Shown: positions 60,946-64,000 of the stretch, piece by piece
Layout: the number at the start of each line of letters is the position of its first letter
Numbering within the stretch: the first letter of the stretch is position 1
NCBI GenBank assembly: GCA_047602405.1
Contig: JASGHJ010000001.1
Location: 2,176,001 to 2,240,000, forward strand
Source: Anaeromyxobacteraceae bacterium
GTDB lineage: Bacteria; Myxococcota; Myxococcia; Myxococcales; Anaeromyxobacteraceae
Direction of reading: 5' to 3'
Length of the DNA stretch: 64,000 nucleotides
Notes under the pieces: generated by a model
The model's input: only the letters and a program-made list of their open reading frames with translations
What the model was told of the DNA's origin: nothing
Databases searched by the model: none
Program-made: the position numbers and the translations under genes

Positions 60946-61943
60946 GGGTGCTCGCCATCGAGACCTCCTGCGACGAGACGGCCGCCGCCGTCGTCGAGGA
61001 CGGCGCGCGCGTGCGCTCCGACGTCGTCTCGACGCAGATCGACGTCCACCGCCGCTGGGGCGGGGTCGTGCCCGAGCTCGCGAGCCGCAACCACGTCGTC
61101 CAGGTGATGCCGGTCGTCGACGAGGCGCTCGCGCGCGCGGGCGTCGACCCGTCCGGCCTCGACGGCGTCGCGGTCACGAGCGGCCCGGGCCTCGTGGGGG
61201 CGCTCCTCGTCGGCGTGCAGGCGGCGAAGGCGCTCGCGCTCGCGTGGGGGAAGCCGCTCGTCGGCGTGAACCACCTCGAGGGCCACCTCGTCGCGGCGTT
61301 CCTCTCCGAGCGGCCGCCCGCGTTCCCGTACCTCGGGCTCGTGGTCTCGGGCGGCCACACCTCGCTCTACGAGGCGCGCGGGTGGGGCGACTACCGCGTG
61401 CTCGGGCAGACCCGCGACGACGCCGCGGGCGAGGCGTTCGACAAGGGCGCGAAGCTGCTCGGCCTGCCGTACCCGGGCGGCGTCGCCATCGACCGGCTCG
61501 CGAAGGACGGCGACAGGGACGCCGTGAGGTTCCCGAAGGCCGTCGTGAAGGGCGCCGACCTCGACTTCAGCTTCTCGGGGCTCAAGACCGCGCTCCTCCA
61601 CCACGTGAAGAAGCACGGCGTGCCCGGGGGCCAGGCGCTCGCCGATCTGTGCGCGAGCTACCAGGAGGCCATCGTCCGGGCGCTCGTCGAGAAGGCGGTC
61701 AAGGCCGCGCGCCGGCTGCAGCACGGCCGGCTCGTGCTCGCGGGCGGCGTCGCCGCGAACTCGCGGCTGCGCGCCGCCGCCGCGGAGCGCGCGGCGGACT
61801 ACGAGGGCATGGAGCTCTTCCTGCCCGAGGTCCGCCTCTGCACCGACAACGCCGCGATGATCGCCGTCGCCGGCACGCACGCGCTCGAGCGCGGGCTGCG
61901 CGCCGGCGCGACGCTCGCGGCCGACCCGGGCTGGCGCCTGTGA
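60942..61943 (+). CDS. tsaD: tRNA N6-adenosine threonylcarbamoyltransferase
   Basis: IETSCDET, GGVVPELASR.H, HLEGH, SGGHT, DDAAGEAFDK, FSFSGLK, CTDNAAMI. Confidence 0.97.
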   Translation: MRVLAIETSCDETAAAVVEDGARVRSDVVSTQIDVHRRWGGVVPELASRNHVVQVMPVVDEALARAGVDPSGLDGVAVTSGPGLVGALLVGVQAAKALALAWGKPLVGVNHLEGHLVAAFLSERPPAFPYLGLVVSGGHTSLYEARGWGDYRVLGQTRDDAAGEAFDKGAKLLGLPYPGGVAIDRLAKDGDRDAVRFPKAVVKGADLDFSFSGLKTALLHHVKKHGVPGGQALADLCASYQEAIVRALVEKAVKAARRLQHGRLVLAGGVAANSRLRAAAAERAADYEGMELFLPEVRLCTDNAAMIAVAGTHALERGLRAGATLAADPGWRL

Positions 61944-62857
61944 CCTCGACCTCGTACCCCTCGCCGCGCGCGCTCCTCGAGAAGCACGGCCTGCGCGCGA
62001 AGAAGAGCTGGGGCCAGAACTTCCTCGCCGACCCCGAGGTGCTCGACGCCATCGCCGACCTCGCGGCGCCGCCCCCGGGTGCGCCCGTCGTCGAGCTCGG
62101 CGCGGGGCTCGGCCACCTCACGGTGCGCCTCGCCGGGCGCGGCGCGCGGGTGACCGCGGTCGAGCGCGACCGGGACATGGCGCTCGTGCTCCGGGAGGAG
62201 CTGCTGCCGGGGTGGGGCCCCGATCCGGCTTCGCCGGTCGGGGCGGGGGGCGCCGAGCCCCCCGCGAAACGAGGCCGCATCGAGCTCGTGGAGGCCGACG
62301 CGGTGCGGGTGGACTGGGCCGCGGTCGCCGATCGCCTCGGCGTCACGCGGCTGCACGTGGCAGGGAACCTCCCGTACCACCTCTCGAGCCCGATCCTCTT
62401 CGCGCTCCTCGACCACGCCGACCGGATCGCCCAGGCGGTGTTCCTGCTGCAGCGCGAGGTCGCCGAGCGGCTCGCCGCCGAGCCGGGCACGAAGGACTTC
62501 GGGCTCCTCTCGGTGCTGCTCCAGCGCGAGGCCGACGTGCGCGTCGCGCGGCGGGTGCCGGCCGGGGCGTTCCTGCCGCCCCCGAAGGTCGAGAGCGCCG
62601 TCCTCGAGGCGCGCTTCCGGCCGCCGCCCGGCGGGCCCCTCGACACCGCGCTCTTCCGCAAGCTCGTGAAGGCCGGCTTCGCCCAGCGCCGGAAGACCCT
62701 CTCGAACGCGCTCGACGCGGCGCGCCTCGCGCCGCCGAAGGCGGTGGAGGCGGCGCTCGCGCAGGCCGCGATCGATCCCCGCCGCCGCGGCGAGACGCTC
62801 GAGGTCGCGGAGTGGGAGGCCCTCTGCCGCGCGCTCGCGCCGCGGCTCGCCGGGTAG
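61940..62857 (+). CDS. rsmA: 16S rRNA m6,2A dimethyltransferase with in-frame repeat insertion
   Basis: KKSWGQNFL, ELGAGLG, GNLPY, Q.EVAERL, PPPKVES, QRRKTL. Confidence 0.95.
   Translation: MTSTSYPSPRALLEKHGLRAKKSWGQNFLADPEVLDAIADLAAPPPGAPVVELGAGLGHLTVRLAGRGARVTAVERDRDMALVLREELLPGWGPDPASPVGAGGAEPPAKRGRIELVEADAVRVDWAAVADRLGVTRLHVAGNLPYHLSSPILFALLDHADRIAQAVFLLQREVAERLAAEPGTKDFGLLSVLLQREADVRVARRVPAGAFLPPPKVESAVLEARFRPPPGGPLDTALFRKLVKAGFAQRRKTLSNALDAARLAPPKAVEAALAQAAIDPRRRGETLEVAEWEALCRALAPRLAG
62202..62270 (+). repeat. Double-hairpin REP/RPE-like element in frame within rsmA (69 bp)
   Basis: TGCTGCCGGGGTGGGGCCCCGA-TCCGGCTTCGCCGGTC-GGGGCGGGGGGCGCCGAGCCCCCCGCGAAAC. Confidence 0.8.
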
Positions 62858-63014
62858 CGATCCTCTCTGGAGGAACATCTCACGGGCGCCCACCCGCCAA
62901 CCTTGCCCGCCCACGCCACCCGTCGAGGGGGCGCCCGTGAAACCCTGGCCTCACCGTGGCGAGGCCGTCCTGCGTGAACCGGTGCTGCCGTAAGCCGTGC
63001 CGCGTGTCGCGAAC

Positions 63015-63269
63015 CTAGGTGCCGATCGCCTTCGCCGTCGCGAGGAGGAGGCTCATGTTGCGAGCGCCGTTCTCGCCGAGGTACCGGCGGAACGCCGCCG
63101 GGTCGAGCTTCATGGTCCGGATGGTGCGCGCGACGATGGCCTCGTAGCCCGGCGAGTCGGGCTTCTTGAGCTCGAGGGCGATCTTGAGGATGGCGCGGTG
63201 GAAGGCGGGGTCGACCCCGTCGTCCGTCGCCGTCTTCACGCCCTTCGTCGTCGCCACGCGGGTCGCCAT
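63015..63269 (-). CDS. Small basic hypothetical protein (84 aa)
   Basis: GGAGG RBS, GC-typical codon usage, its own sigma70 promoter. Confidence 0.7.
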   Translation of the reverse strand: MATRVATTKGVKTATDDGVDPAFHRAILKIALELKKPDSPGYEAIVARTIRTMKLDPAAFRRYLGENGARNMSLLLATAKAIGT

Positions 63270-63303
63270 CACGAGCAGCCTCCAGAAGCTTGGAATCGCG
63301 GCG

Positions 63304-63332
63304 ACGATACGTGGCATCGCATGGCATGTCAA
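63304..63332 (-). promoter_or_regulatory. sigma70 promoter
   Basis: Minus strand TTGACA-N17-TATCGT. Confidence 0.75.
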
Positions 63333-63338
63333 AGGGAT

Positions 63339-63378
63339 CCCTGATCCGGGGATCATGGTGACCCTGATCCGGGGATCA
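63339..63378. promoter_or_regulatory. Tandem palindromic operator sites
   Basis: CCCTGATCCGGGGATCA twice with a 23-bp period; core TGATCC-N2-GGATCA. Confidence 0.65.
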
Positions 63379-63505
63379 GACCGGGCGCCCGGACGCTTCG
63401 CCTTGCAACCCTTTTCGGCCCCTGGCACTCTCGCGCACTTCGCGGGCCGGAGAGGGGAACCGGCAGCGGCACCGCTCGCGGAGCGGAAGTCAGGACGCCC
63501 GACGG

Positions 63506-64000
63506 ATGGACACCCAGCGGCCGGTCGACCGGCCCCGCTACATCGCCGTGGAGGGGCCGATCGGGGTCGGGAAGACCGCCCTCGCGAAGCTGCTCGCCGA
63601 GCGCCTGGGCGCGCGCCTCCTCGTCGAGCCCTCCGACGCGAACCCCTTCCTCGCCGCCTTCTACGCCGACCGGAAGAAGCACGCGTTCCAGACCCAGCTC
63701 TTCTTCCTGCTCTCGCGCTTCAAGCACCAGGAGGCGCTCTCGCAGCAGGACCTCTTCAGCCGGTCGATCGTCTCCGACCACCTCTTCGCCCGCGACCGCA
63801 TCTACGCGGCCCTCACGCTCTCGGCCGACGAGCTCTCGATGTACGAGCGGGTCTACGAGCTCCTCGGCCCGCGCGTCGTGAAGCCGGACCTCGTCGTCTA
63901 CCTGCAGGCCCGCCAGGAGGTGCTCGTGCAGCGCGCCCGGCGCGCCGGCCGCTCGCACGTCGACCCGGCCTGGGTCGGCGAGGTGGCGAAGGCCTACGGT
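63506..64000 (+). CDS. Deoxynucleoside kinase (runs off the window end)
   Basis: Manual translation: YIAVEGPIGVGKT P-loop, NPFLAAFY, AFQTQLFFLLSR, PDLVVYLQA. Confidence 0.9.
   Translation, partial: MDTQRPVDRPRYIAVEGPIGVGKTALAKLLAERLGARLLVEPSDANPFLAAFYADRKKHAFQTQLFFLLSRFKHQEALSQQDLFSRSIVSDHLFARDRIYAALTLSADELSMYERVYELLGPRVVKPDLVVYLQARQEVLVQRARRAGRSHVDPAWVGEVAKAYG

Overview
Very GC-rich bacterial chromosomal window. Gene content and order suggest a myxobacterium of the Anaeromyxobacter type (inference). Left end (0.2-13.7 kb): a compact atypical type III secretion cluster (needle-like, inner-rod-like, SctJ, SctQ, FliO-like, SctRSTUV) with no ATPase or secretin, split by an M16 peptidase pair and a Sel1-repeat gene, with sigma54-type promoters. 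Then peptidases, pstS, a P450, a rubrerythrin-VIT1 gene, the hisDBHAFIE operon, rpsU-yqeY-dnaG-rpoD-tRNA(CAT), a zinc-ribbon/RNase HI pair, signalling proteins, def, priA, a RAYT-like HUH transposase, a TMTC-like glycosyltransferase, PP2C, DAGK/trmL, a J-domain protein, an S1/P1 nuclease, and tsaD-rsmA-dNK. Non-gene highlights: a ~70-bp double-hairpin repeat family (at least 4 copies; one in frame inside rsmA, one supplying the pstS stop codon), a synonymously recoded duplication of the tsaD 5' end that forms a coupled upstream mini-ORF, inverted motifs flanking the RAYT, tandem palindromic operators near 63.35 kb, and many apparently leaderless promoters. Three single-base insertions (hisA, hisF, J-domain gene) are probably assembly errors. 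All family assignments come from reading motifs by eye; no database searches were run.
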